A stretch of 64,000 nt of DNA from Minisyncoccota bacterium (GTDB lineage Bacteria > Patescibacteriota > Minisyncoccia > Phycocordibacterales > UBA9973). Location: the NCBI GenBank assembly GCA_039915165.1, contig JBDSNU010000007.1:16658-80657 (forward strand), given 5' to 3'. The notes under the pieces are model-generated. The model saw only the letters and a list, made by a program, of their open reading frames with translations, did no database searches and had not been told where the DNA came from. A program made the position numbers and the translations under genes. This document shows positions 46,572 to 54,762 of the stretch, piece after piece; position 1 is the stretch's first letter, and each line of letters starts with the position of its first letter.

Positions 46572-47351
46572 TTAGTTTCCGAAAACATCCTTGCTAGCAA
46601 TAGTCTTGAATGCACTCAAAGGAACCTTTACAGTTTGTGTACCTGCAGAATATGGGGCAACTTGATAAGGATCAAATATAAATGTTACTCCTTCATCTGT
46701 AATGATAAAGTTTTGGAAGTTTGATTCTGTTGGAGCAGCACCGGCTTTGATGGCTGTTTGATCTGCATCGGCACTCTTTGATAACTGCTGTTGTACATAT
46801 GGCGCAACTGTCTTGAGACCATTAATTCCATTTTTAAACAAAGCCGCTAACATGATCTGTTGACCAGTTGGAGAAAAAGAAAATGTTTTTGTTGCCTGTA
46901 AGCCATGCGCTCCGCCAGTATATGTAGTGATAGAGAAAATGAAATTATCTGCAGTGGCGCTTTTTTGTTCAGTGTATTTTATATCCAATGAAAGTGATGA
47001 GGCTTCTGCCGGTGCAATAGTAGCACCCTCTCCTGCTGCCCATGAAGTATCATCTTTGAATTGTGAAATTGCATTGGTAACAAATGTTTTGAAATATCCA
47101 TTGATGACATCATCTTTCACCACTGGGTAGATGGCACTAATCGTGTAGTAACTTGCATTGTCAGTAATAGTTTGATCTTTAACAATTGCTGTAGGCCATT
47201 CTGTTGGAGTTGATGGCACAGGCGTTGTTTCAGAAACTGGATTTTGCACAACGCCTTTATTGCCTCTATGTAAAAATAACACTAAACCGATAACGGCAAG
47301 TACTAATACGGCTAATAGTATGAGTGTTGTTTTTGATGTTGGTCGATTCAT
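46572..47351 (-). CDS. exported DUF3298/DUF4163 domain protein (RsiV ectodomain-like)
   Basis: N-terminal TM or signal peptide. Carries the YTGGAHG signature of DUF3298. Confidence 0.6.
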   Translation of the reverse strand: MNRPTSKTTLILLAVLVLAVIGLVLFLHRGNKGVVQNPVSETTPVPSTPTEWPTAIVKDQTITDNASYYTISAIYPVVKDDVINGYFKTFVTNAISQFKDDTSWAAGEGATIAPAEASSLSLDIKYTEQKSATADNFIFSITTYTGGAHGLQATKTFSFSPTGQQIMLAALFKNGINGLKTVAPYVQQQLSKSADADQTAIKAGAAPTESNFQNFIITDEGVTFIFDPYQVAPYSAGTQTVKVPLSAFKTIASKDVFGN

Positions 47352-47352
47352 A

Positions 47353-47832
47353 CTACCACTGTACTTTTATTACTACAGACTTGTCAAACCGTGCTTCCCC
47401 AGATGGATTGTCTTTTTTCAATACAATGTATCCTGCATGAACAGTAGCCGGAGAGGTAAAGTTTATCGTAGCAGTAAAAGGCACATATGATTCTACCATC
47501 CAATCGTCTTCAGCTTTTGCAATACCTGTCGCAATGGTTGTTCCATCAACTGTTATCAGTGATATAGGGAAAGAGCCTTCAAAAAACCATGTTCCTTTCG
47601 CCTTTCCTTTTATAGTAACCGGAGAAGAAATTGTACTGCCATCCATTGGTGTAGTAATGATGACATCTTCAGCAACAACTGGAGTCACTGCTTGTCCTGG
47701 GATTTCAGGTGCAGTCGTGTTCTGAACTGGTGTAGCATGTTGTGACAAACTGTCATTCAGTGTCGTTACCAAACCCCACATTGAGAGAGCGAATAATAGC
47801 ACTATAAGAGTAAGATAATGGCGTCGTTTCAT
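47353..47832 (-). CDS. exported Gmad2-type immunoglobulin-like domain protein
   Basis: Signal peptide plus a beta-rich domain of about 110 aa (PVTIKGKAKGTWFFEGSFPISLI) resembling PF10648. Co-oriented with, and overlapping, the DUF3298 gene. Confidence 0.45.
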   Translation of the reverse strand: MKRRHYLTLIVLLFALSMWGLVTTLNDSLSQHATPVQNTTAPEIPGQAVTPVVAEDVIITTPMDGSTISSPVTIKGKAKGTWFFEGSFPISLITVDGTTIATGIAKAEDDWMVESYVPFTATINFTSPATVHAGYIVLKKDNPSGEARFDKSVVIKVQW

Positions 47833-47910
47833 ATAGTAAGTATAACGTACTGTTGCTGAATAAAAAAATGCCTGCTCTATATAATAGAGCAGGCATAGGG
47901 ATAAAAATTG

Positions 47911-48459
47911 TTATGCAACTTTTTGTTTTTGCATTTCAAAACGTTTATCCCAATACACATGCATTGGACATGGTCCATCTGGCATTTCTTTTTCTTGGTC
48001 ATACCCTTGGATCACACAACCCCCGAAACAACCGTCGCCGTACTCACCTTCGGGTTTGCCGCACAACAAATCACCTTCACTATTAATATGCATGCGCTGA
48101 CAAGTCGGAAGGTTTTCAATTGCAGTTGCTGACCCCCACATGTATTTGCTGAGTTGATACACACCGTCTATTACTCGTTTGTCGGCAGCAATTGCTTTCA
48201 TCAAACTTTCTTCATCATCTGCTTCCCACAATGTACTTACTTCCCGACTACCAATAAGATATCCACGAAGAGATAAGGAGTCAAACGCAGTCGCTTCTTC
48301 GTCTGAACGAAATCCATACACATTAACAGCAAATCCATCACACATAAATGTGTAGCATTTACCATGAGCATCACCGCCATTCACAGAGGTATGCTTTTCA
48401 TCGAAATGAACGAGGAAATAATGCGGTGCTTTTACAATAGTCTTATTTTCATTTTCCAT
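47911..48459 (-). CDS. hypothetical Cys-rich protein (182 aa)
   Basis: The C-terminal 60 aa contain 6 Cys (C-x8-C...C-x3-C...C-P-M-H). No family recognised. Confidence 0.35.
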   Translation of the reverse strand: MENENKTIVKAPHYFLVHFDEKHTSVNGGDAHGKCYTFMCDGFAVNVYGFRSDEEATAFDSLSLRGYLIGSREVSTLWEADDEESLMKAIAADKRVIDGVYQLSKYMWGSATAIENLPTCQRMHINSEGDLLCGKPEGEYGDGCFGGCVIQGYDQEKEMPDGPCPMHVYWDKRFEMQKQKVA

Positions 48460-48562
48460 AATGTAATTTATTTAAATAACGTGAGTTTTCTCCACACTAC
48501 TATATTCACTCGCTATGTCAAACCTTGCCGAAATATAAAAGAATCGTTACTATGTCAACACT

Positions 48563-48634
48563 GGCCCTATCGTCTAACGGTTAGGACGAATCCTTCTCAA
48601 GGATTAAATCGGGGTTCGATTCCCCGTGGGGTCA
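48563..48634 (+). tRNA. tRNA-Glu (anticodon CTC)
   Basis: Cloverleaf: acceptor GGCCCTA/TGGGGTC with two G-U pairs, anticodon stem AATCC/GGATT, loop TTCTCAA, T-arm CGGGG-TTCGATT-CCCCG. No encoded CCA. Confidence 0.8.
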
Positions 48635-50117
48635 CTTTAGGGAATTTTGACTCGTCAATTAGCAGTTTTAGCTTGAAAACACTGCATATTTTCGGTGTTC
48701 GTAAATTTACCCCATCGAAGACTATACCTTTAGGAAAGTCGAACTCTTGGAACTTTCGCCTTATTTCTAAAGAGCTTTTTTCCCAGAACAAGTGAGGGGC
48801 CTGCAATACCTGAGCCGAATATTTTATAAGATCATTGATGTTGATATTCTCATTAACCGCTGCTTTTGAAACCTCCCGTAATTCCTCATTTTCTGATTCA
48901 AGGCGCTTAACCCGTAGCTCAAAACTATTTTCACTGATACTCCCCTTTCCGTGTAAGTCGATTAGTACATCTATTTGTTGGTTGATTTCATCTATTCGTT
49001 TGTGTATTGCCGCACTCACATGGGCGTCGTTGACCGTCCGCTTGCCAAAGTGCTTTTCTAAATATTCTTTTAATGCGTTTAAATGCGAAGTATCAAAGGC
49101 AAATTGCGACAAGAATGCTATAAATTTCTGCTCCAATAGTTCCTTTCTGATGGTTGTTCCAGGCAAATGAAAGGAATAATAGGGATACTTTTTGGTTTTT
49201 CCTTTCGACCAGTAGCCAGTAAGTTGCTTTCCGTCCTCGTTAAGAACGAAACGTCTCAAAGGGAAATCGGGATTTTCTTTTAAGTACTGTTTAATGACAT
49301 TCTTTCGTCCCTTCAATGCTGCTTGAACATCGTCAAATAGTGGTTCAGGAATAAACGTTTCAAAGGTTGCATTAACGACTAACCCGAAATTTTTAATGAT
49401 TCCTTTATATAATGGGTTTCGCAGCAGTCTAAAAAAATATCCCCTGCTAACAGCACCTCCTGCATTGTTGGTCAAACCTTTTTCTTTCATCATTAACCTA
49501 ATGACCTCCGAAGAGTATCTCCGTTGGGAAATCAATTCAAATGCTTCCCGTACCAAAGGTGCCATCTCATTTGGCGCAATGTTGGCCTTATTCCCTATTT
49601 TGACATTGCTGTATCCCAGTGGCGCTTTCCACACGTATCGGCCTTCTTGCACAGCTTCTCGCATCCCTCCGACACTCCGCTCAGTTCGCACTTCATTATC
49701 AAACTGACTAACATTGGCGATAATATTTTCCATGAAGCGACCCGCAGGGGTGTCCTCAAAATGTTCAGATACTGACTTGATTTCTATATTATATCTTTTA
49801 AGCTTAACTTTTATATAACTATAATCAGCGATGTTGCGGCTAATGCGGTCAATCTTGTACGCGATGACTGCATTGACTGCTTCTTTTCTATCACCACAAT
49901 ATGCAAGCATACGCTGTAATTCCTTTCGATCTGCCGTTTTTGCGCTTTCACCCTTCTCAATAAAAATTTCTGCTATTTCGAGTCCCTGATTAAGGGCGTA
50001 TTCGCGGCAAAGCCGCTCTTGCGTTACAAGGCTGTTTCCTTCGTCCACTTGTTCTTTTGTAGATACTCTGCAATAAATAACGGCGCGCTTAGAGTTATTT
50101 ATTATTTCGCTTTTCAT
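48597..50117 (-). CDS. large serine recombinase (integrase)
   Basis: Resolvase-type catalytic domain with a nucleophile Ser (AVIYCRVSTKEQ) and conserved R/D residues, then a recombinase domain and a coiled coil (LRVKRLESENEELRE). The last 12 codons are the reverse complement of the tRNA-Glu 3' end. Confidence 0.85.
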   Translation of the reverse strand: MKSEIINNSKRAVIYCRVSTKEQVDEGNSLVTQERLCREYALNQGLEIAEIFIEKGESAKTADRKELQRMLAYCGDRKEAVNAVIAYKIDRISRNIADYSYIKVKLKRYNIEIKSVSEHFEDTPAGRFMENIIANVSQFDNEVRTERSVGGMREAVQEGRYVWKAPLGYSNVKIGNKANIAPNEMAPLVREAFELISQRRYSSEVIRLMMKEKGLTNNAGGAVSRGYFFRLLRNPLYKGIIKNFGLVVNATFETFIPEPLFDDVQAALKGRKNVIKQYLKENPDFPLRRFVLNEDGKQLTGYWSKGKTKKYPYYSFHLPGTTIRKELLEQKFIAFLSQFAFDTSHLNALKEYLEKHFGKRTVNDAHVSAAIHKRIDEINQQIDVLIDLHGKGSISENSFELRVKRLESENEELREVSKAAVNENININDLIKYSAQVLQAPHLFWEKSSLEIRRKFQEFDFPKGIVFDGVNLRTPKICSVFKLKLLIDESKFPKVTPRGIEPRFNP

Positions 50118-50631
50118 AAAAATATGCCTCAACCAAGATTTCGGCCAACTGATCCAATAATATTTCTATAGGTGGTTCCTGCCCCGTTAAACCCAAAGCA
50201 GAGCCACGCATAACGTCATTGTTGCTACACAATAAACCACGTGGCTCTGCTTTAGGTACGTTATCGTATAAGTTCTTAGAGGAACCATACAAATCAATAA
50301 AACGACTGTTGCTGTATTCTTTTAAAACAATCAAATTATTGCAAAAAAAAGGTTTCTGTTTAGTGTTCCACGTATCAACAATTTGATTAAAATCAGTATT
50401 GTCCTTTATCGATACTGGTGTTTTACTCCTGTCATGTGAAGTCCGCGTACTAAGCAAATTACCTTCTCTAATAAAGGTCCTTACACGATATCTTTTTAAT
50501 TTATTGAGATTTTGCGCTTCACCCAAATTACCCGGATCCACTATTATCTTAATACATACATGAAAATCCTTCCCTGTAACTTCATTAAACGCCGTATTCA
50601 ATGTATTGCAAAAGGCGTTAGGTACAATCAA
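50095..50631 (-). CDS. hypothetical protein (178 aa), upstream of and overlapping the integrase start
   Basis: ORF only. Likely co-transcribed with the integrase. Confidence 0.35.
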   Translation of the reverse strand: MIVPNAFCNTLNTAFNEVTGKDFHVCIKIIVDPGNLGEAQNLNKLKRYRVRTFIREGNLLSTRTSHDRSKTPVSIKDNTDFNQIVDTWNTKQKPFFCNNLIVLKEYSNSRFIDLYGSSKNLYDNVPKAEPRGLLCSNNDVMRGSALGLTGQEPPIEILLDQLAEILVEAYFYEKRNNK

Positions 50632-50786
50632 ATATAATGTTATTTGTGATGAATTGTTAATCCAGCAACGGCTTCAACAATGTTTTTTAAAACCTAATCC
50701 ATCTTACTATTTGGATTCCTGAATTATCGCGACGTCATCAATGAATTGGCGATTAATGCCCTAAATTTTTATTTAATCTGGCTAAA

Positions 50787-51131
50787 TCACTTGCGACATC
50801 TGTCCAAAATTCTTTCGTTTCTAAAAGATCCACCTTTAATGGGAACGTTTATCTGCAGCGAGCTGCTGTCAGATAGCTTTACGTATGCCTGCGGAGAGTT
50901 AGGAACGGCGATATGTTTTGTTGTTTGAGCAACAATGGTATCTTTTCCGTTTGGCAATTTCTCCAAGAACAACACGGTAACTTTCGTGATAGTGCCTATC
51001 TGAAAGCTTGTGTGGTGATACGAGGGAGAAGTGCGTGGATCCCAGAACTCAAGTTCTTTTTTGGCGGGTTTTTGTTTGCAACTTGCAAACAGTAAGCAAA
51101 GAATGGCTGAGAAAAATAAGGTCTTTTTCAT
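50787..51131 (-). CDS. small lipoprotein (114 aa)
   Basis: Signal peptide with lipobox LLFASC (MKKTLFFSAILCLLFASCKQ). Confidence 0.45.
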   Translation of the reverse strand: MKKTLFFSAILCLLFASCKQKPAKKELEFWDPRTSPSYHHTSFQIGTITKVTVLFLEKLPNGKDTIVAQTTKHIAVPNSPQAYVKLSDSSSLQINVPIKGGSFRNERILDRCRK

Positions 51132-51316
51132 GATTTATCTATATTTGATTGAGTGTGAATGTACTTGATTAACTAAATACACAATAGCACATTTTATGCT
51201 AAAAGTCAATAGATTTCTCTAGACACCCTTATGTTATATACAAGCCGGTTCCAATCCCTCCCCATGGGGTCATAAAAAAGCAGCCATATATGGACTGCTT
51301 CTAGAATTATTGCTGA

Positions 51317-51658
51317 CTAATAGAAATTGTAGGGAGACACCTCAAAGCTCTCACCGGGTTTTGCCAATAGGCTTTTCAATACATGTAGAATGTCTTCAAT
51401 GAGGTCTTTCCACCGAAACCGGTCATCCTTACGAATGACAACCTTGTCATCACTTCGCTCAACGCCACCCACACCCTTAATACTAAGGAGTGTGGTCATA
51501 AAGTGGTAAGTTTCTCCTGACTCCCATTTGAACATAGTAGCCTCGCTCGTGGCGGAAGAATTGAAATCATCAATGGACAGCTTCTCGGGAATCTCCACAT
51601 CAATATGGAAAACCAGCCTGTTTTCATCGTTGTATTTTTCCTCTATCATTACTTTCAT
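51317..51658 (-). CDS. hypothetical protein (113 aa)
   Basis: ORF with its own terminator hairpin at 51281-51310. Confidence 0.35.
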   Translation of the reverse strand: MKVMIEEKYNDENRLVFHIDVEIPEKLSIDDFNSSATSEATMFKWESGETYHFMTTLLSIKGVGGVERSDDKVVIRKDDRFRWKDLIEDILHVLKSLLAKPGESFEVSPYNFY

Positions 51659-51746
51659 AGTGCTTTAGTTTTTAATCATATTGCCCTATTGATCAAAAAA
51701 GTCAATAACAATTTAAAAAGCAGCCATTACAGCTGCTTTATTTGTT

Positions 51747-52349
51747 TTACTTACTCTTCATCACTATCGGAATTTCATTAAGGAATGCTGATACCCACTC
51801 ATCATCGAACCAGTAAATGGTGCACAAGTATAGCTCTAGTATATAACCAGAAGCCAACTCGAGGCCCCCTTCAAGATTAGCTTCTGGTGAATGATCTGCG
51901 CTTTCGAGTAAACCCGCTAACTTTTCCATATGATATTGAAGATGGTCTCGGAATGAAACGGCGTCATCATTATTCCCCCGAATCAAGTCCATTTTTTCTT
52001 CATTTGGTATTTCATACGTAGCCAGTTTTTTGCGAGTCAGACCAACAACATGACACATGGCTAAAATGTTAACAATTGTTTTTAGATTAGCATGTTTGAA
52101 ATCAATAGCTTTTTTCTGCAACCCAACATCTGGTAATGCTAGGTATGTAAGTTCACCTAGCTCAGTCTTAATCGCAATGACTTCAAAGCCGAGTGTACTG
52201 AATGACTTCAGCAGGTGTAGAAGTAAATGTTTTAAGGCAAAAATCTTGTTTTGTTGCTCCGTCAATTTTGCCATGACGGGATAATTTTCAGCATTGAAAA
52301 CATATCGTTGATTTACATAATCATAAGCATCGAGAAAGGTTTTAATCAT
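51747..52349 (-). CDS. hypothetical protein (200 aa)
   Basis: ORF with its own terminator hairpin at 51711-51745. Confidence 0.35.
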   Translation of the reverse strand: MIKTFLDAYDYVNQRYVFNAENYPVMAKLTEQQNKIFALKHLLLHLLKSFSTLGFEVIAIKTELGELTYLALPDVGLQKKAIDFKHANLKTIVNILAMCHVVGLTRKKLATYEIPNEEKMDLIRGNNDDAVSFRDHLQYHMEKLAGLLESADHSPEANLEGGLELASGYILELYLCTIYWFDDEWVSAFLNEIPIVMKSK

Positions 52350-52453
52350 TTTTAGTTGTTTACGTTTTGCTCACTCTACCCTCCTTCTATTGTACCGTCA
52401 AGGACAGGTCTCGAAATAATTTTATGTTATTTCTGTTATACTAACGACTGATT

Positions 52454-53383
52454 ATGAAAAACAAAAAGAATGTTGTCTTTATAAGTATCGGGGTGGTTGT
52501 TATCGCAATCATTCTTTTTCTTACTATAAACAACCATGACGGCACACCGTCATCTACAACTACCTCTGACGCTACCGTTCCAACAAAAACTGCAACTACT
52601 CCACCGATTGTTAAGTCTGAGAATGCAGAAGCCACCGACTACACTACACTTACACTAACGACTGCGGATCCAGTAACAGAAATTGCTGCAATTGTTGGTG
52701 CCAGTAATGTGCCCAATATTCTTCGCCTCAATCGTATCAATAGTACCTTCCTAAAAGCAGGTAGTACTGTTGTCATTCCTAAAGACCCTGCGGATTTTAA
52801 TTCCCTCTCACCATTCCCTACTGAACTACCTAACGCAACAGCTATTCCTAAACTGATGATGGTGTCACAACGAGTAGAGGCATTTGGATTATATGAAAAT
52901 GGTAAACTTGTGCGTTGGGGACCAGTAAGTACCGGCAAACAATCTACACAAACTGCGAGCAAGTTGTATTTCACTAACTGGAAAGGCAAGGAAGTACATA
53001 GTAGTTTCAGTGATGAGTGGGTATTGAAATGGAACTTCAATCTTGATAATGCCGAAGGTATTGGTATGCATCAATATGAAATGCCCGGGTATCCCGCAAG
53101 CCACTCTTGTGTGCGCATGTTTGGTACCGATGCAGAATGGATTTATAACTGGGCTGATCAATGGATTGTTTCTGATGACCAACAAACAGTTCTTGCTCAT
53201 GGCATACCAGTGCTCGTATTTGGAACGTATGCATATGGCAAGACTGCGCCCTGGAAAAACCTACCAAAAGATGCTGCTGCCACTACTCTTACTGAGAGCG
53301 AACTATCAAAAGCATTAGCTCCAGAACTTAGCACTATCGCACAGCGCCAACAAGAACGAATCGATTATCTCAAAAATAGATAA
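52454..53383 (+). CDS. LysM-domain L,D-transpeptidase (YkuD/ErfK family)
   Basis: TM, Thr-rich linker, LysM-like segment (ASNVPNILRLNRINSTFLKAGSTVVIP), and a catalytic domain with H...SHSCVRM. Confidence 0.8.
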   Translation: MKNKKNVVFISIGVVVIAIILFLTINNHDGTPSSTTTSDATVPTKTATTPPIVKSENAEATDYTTLTLTTADPVTEIAAIVGASNVPNILRLNRINSTFLKAGSTVVIPKDPADFNSLSPFPTELPNATAIPKLMMVSQRVEAFGLYENGKLVRWGPVSTGKQSTQTASKLYFTNWKGKEVHSSFSDEWVLKWNFNLDNAEGIGMHQYEMPGYPASHSCVRMFGTDAEWIYNWADQWIVSDDQQTVLAHGIPVLVFGTYAYGKTAPWKNLPKDAAATTLTESELSKALAPELSTIAQRQQERIDYLKNR

Positions 53384-53437
53384 TAAAAAATGCCGCTCAT
53401 AAAAAATATGAACGGCATAATGCTTGCTCGAGGCAAA

Positions 53438-53986
53438 CTACTTACCTTTGGCAATTTGCTGATCCACAGCTCTAAATGGATCATGCGCTTCAAGTTTCTT
53501 TTTATCGAAATTTACTACGAACTGTTGCGTAACAACAGTCATCTTTTCAACTTCGTAAACGGGATTTTTGAAGGTCACCTCAATTGTAAGGATTTTTTGA
53601 GGCGCATTCAGGTCAAGGAATACCGGCGGTAGGCCACCTTTTAGCGGACGTCCAATCTTTAACATACTGGATGTAGCAAGTTGATGGTCACCTTCTTTAA
53701 CAGTAACAGTAGCAGTACCTAAACTATCTGAGGGGAAATTCATACCGTCGATGACGGCTTTATCCCAACCAATAATTAATGCATACGTACCATTCCTGGT
53801 CAGACGTGAATCCTTTTTACCGAAATAAAAACCCATTTTGAAGTTTTGCCCGGTCGGTGTTATACCTGGTGCTACTACATCAATAGTATCATTATCCGGC
53901 CAAGAAACAGTCTGTTTTTGGGCGCTGGCGGTTTCTGTGAAAGCTATAATTAGTATAGCAATCACAACGAGTACACTTTTTTTCAT
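53438..53986 (-). CDS. hypothetical exported protein (182 aa)
   Basis: Signal peptide. No motif recognised. Confidence 0.35.
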   Translation of the reverse strand: MKKSVLVVIAILIIAFTETASAQKQTVSWPDNDTIDVVAPGITPTGQNFKMGFYFGKKDSRLTRNGTYALIIGWDKAVIDGMNFPSDSLGTATVTVKEGDHQLATSSMLKIGRPLKGGLPPVFLDLNAPQKILTIEVTFKNPVYEVEKMTVVTQQFVVNFDKKKLEAHDPFRAVDQQIAKGK

Positions 53987-54114
53987 GTGCTATTAATTTT
54001 TTAGTGAATTGATTAAAGAGAAGTTTATCTCCCCTTTATGTTTTCTTTATTTAACCATACCATTCATATAAAGTCAAAAGGCCGCATATATTGCGGCCTT
54101 TTGAGTCAGAATAT

Positions 54115-54759
54115 CTATTCTACTGCACTATCGAGTTGTGCATGGTATGTACTGAGATCTCGATATAGCCGTGTCATCAACAAAATGCCGATGGGGTACG
54201 TTATAAGCATACCGAGCATGGCTGGCAATGCTCCTAAGATCATCAACCCAACCTCCATGATCAATACGAGAAAGGCTGTCCAGAAAACTTTGCCTGTTAC
54301 TAGTTTCCATGAGTATCGTAATGACTTACGAATCCCCTGTTGACGATCAACATACGCAGTATTAGCAAATGCCAAGCGAGTAAGGAAATATACTCCAGGT
54401 ATGATCAGCAAAATAAATCCTACTCCTACGATAATACCAACAAGTACGCCGACAACAACCAATCCAAAAAATTGTCGAGCTGTGGGCATATGTGCTGCAA
54501 TAGAACGGAAGTTCAGGAGCTCTTCTTTACCATCAACGGCAGCTAAGGCCGCATGAATCCAAACATACGTCCAAAGAATAGTAGCTATTACCACTATAAT
54601 AGTTAGTAGTACATCTGGCGTACTGTGGCTATGGTGATAGTTTGAAAAGATACTGAACAGTACCATGATGAATGCTAGTCCGATAAAAAACAGTATGTGT
54701 TTTACGTACAGGTCCCATGACTTGTGTAGTGCGGCGCGAATTGAGAAAGTGAATTTCAT
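54115..54759 (-). CDS. hypothetical polytopic membrane protein (214 aa)
   Basis: Five to six hydrophobic helices. Confidence 0.35.
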   Translation of the reverse strand: MKFTFSIRAALHKSWDLYVKHILFFIGLAFIMVLFSIFSNYHHSHSTPDVLLTIIVVIATILWTYVWIHAALAAVDGKEELLNFRSIAAHMPTARQFFGLVVVGVLVGIIVGVGFILLIIPGVYFLTRLAFANTAYVDRQQGIRKSLRYSWKLVTGKVFWTAFLVLIMEVGLMILGALPAMLGMLITYPIGILLMTRLYRDLSTYHAQLDSAVE

Positions 54760-54762
54760 ATG

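Larger units (their letters stand above)
48607..51277. mobile_element. putative small integrated element (about 2.7 kb) at tRNA-Glu: attL in the tRNA 3' end, degenerate attR-like repeat at 51249-51277
   Basis: The integrase abuts and overlaps the tRNA. CCGGTTCCAATCCCTCCCCATGGGGTCA at 51249-51277 resembles the tRNA 3' end GGGGTTCGATTCCCCGTGGGGTCA, with the last 8 nt identical. Cargo: a 178-aa ORF and a lipoprotein. Confidence 0.45.

Noticed and set aside
51249-51277. Second tRNA gene (tRNA-like 3' end ...GGTTCCAATCC...TGGGGTCA)
   Set aside because: It cannot be folded into a cloverleaf. There is no complementary T-stem, no acceptor 5' strand, and no anticodon arm upstream. I interpret it as a degenerate att-site copy of the tRNA-Glu 3' end, not as a gene.
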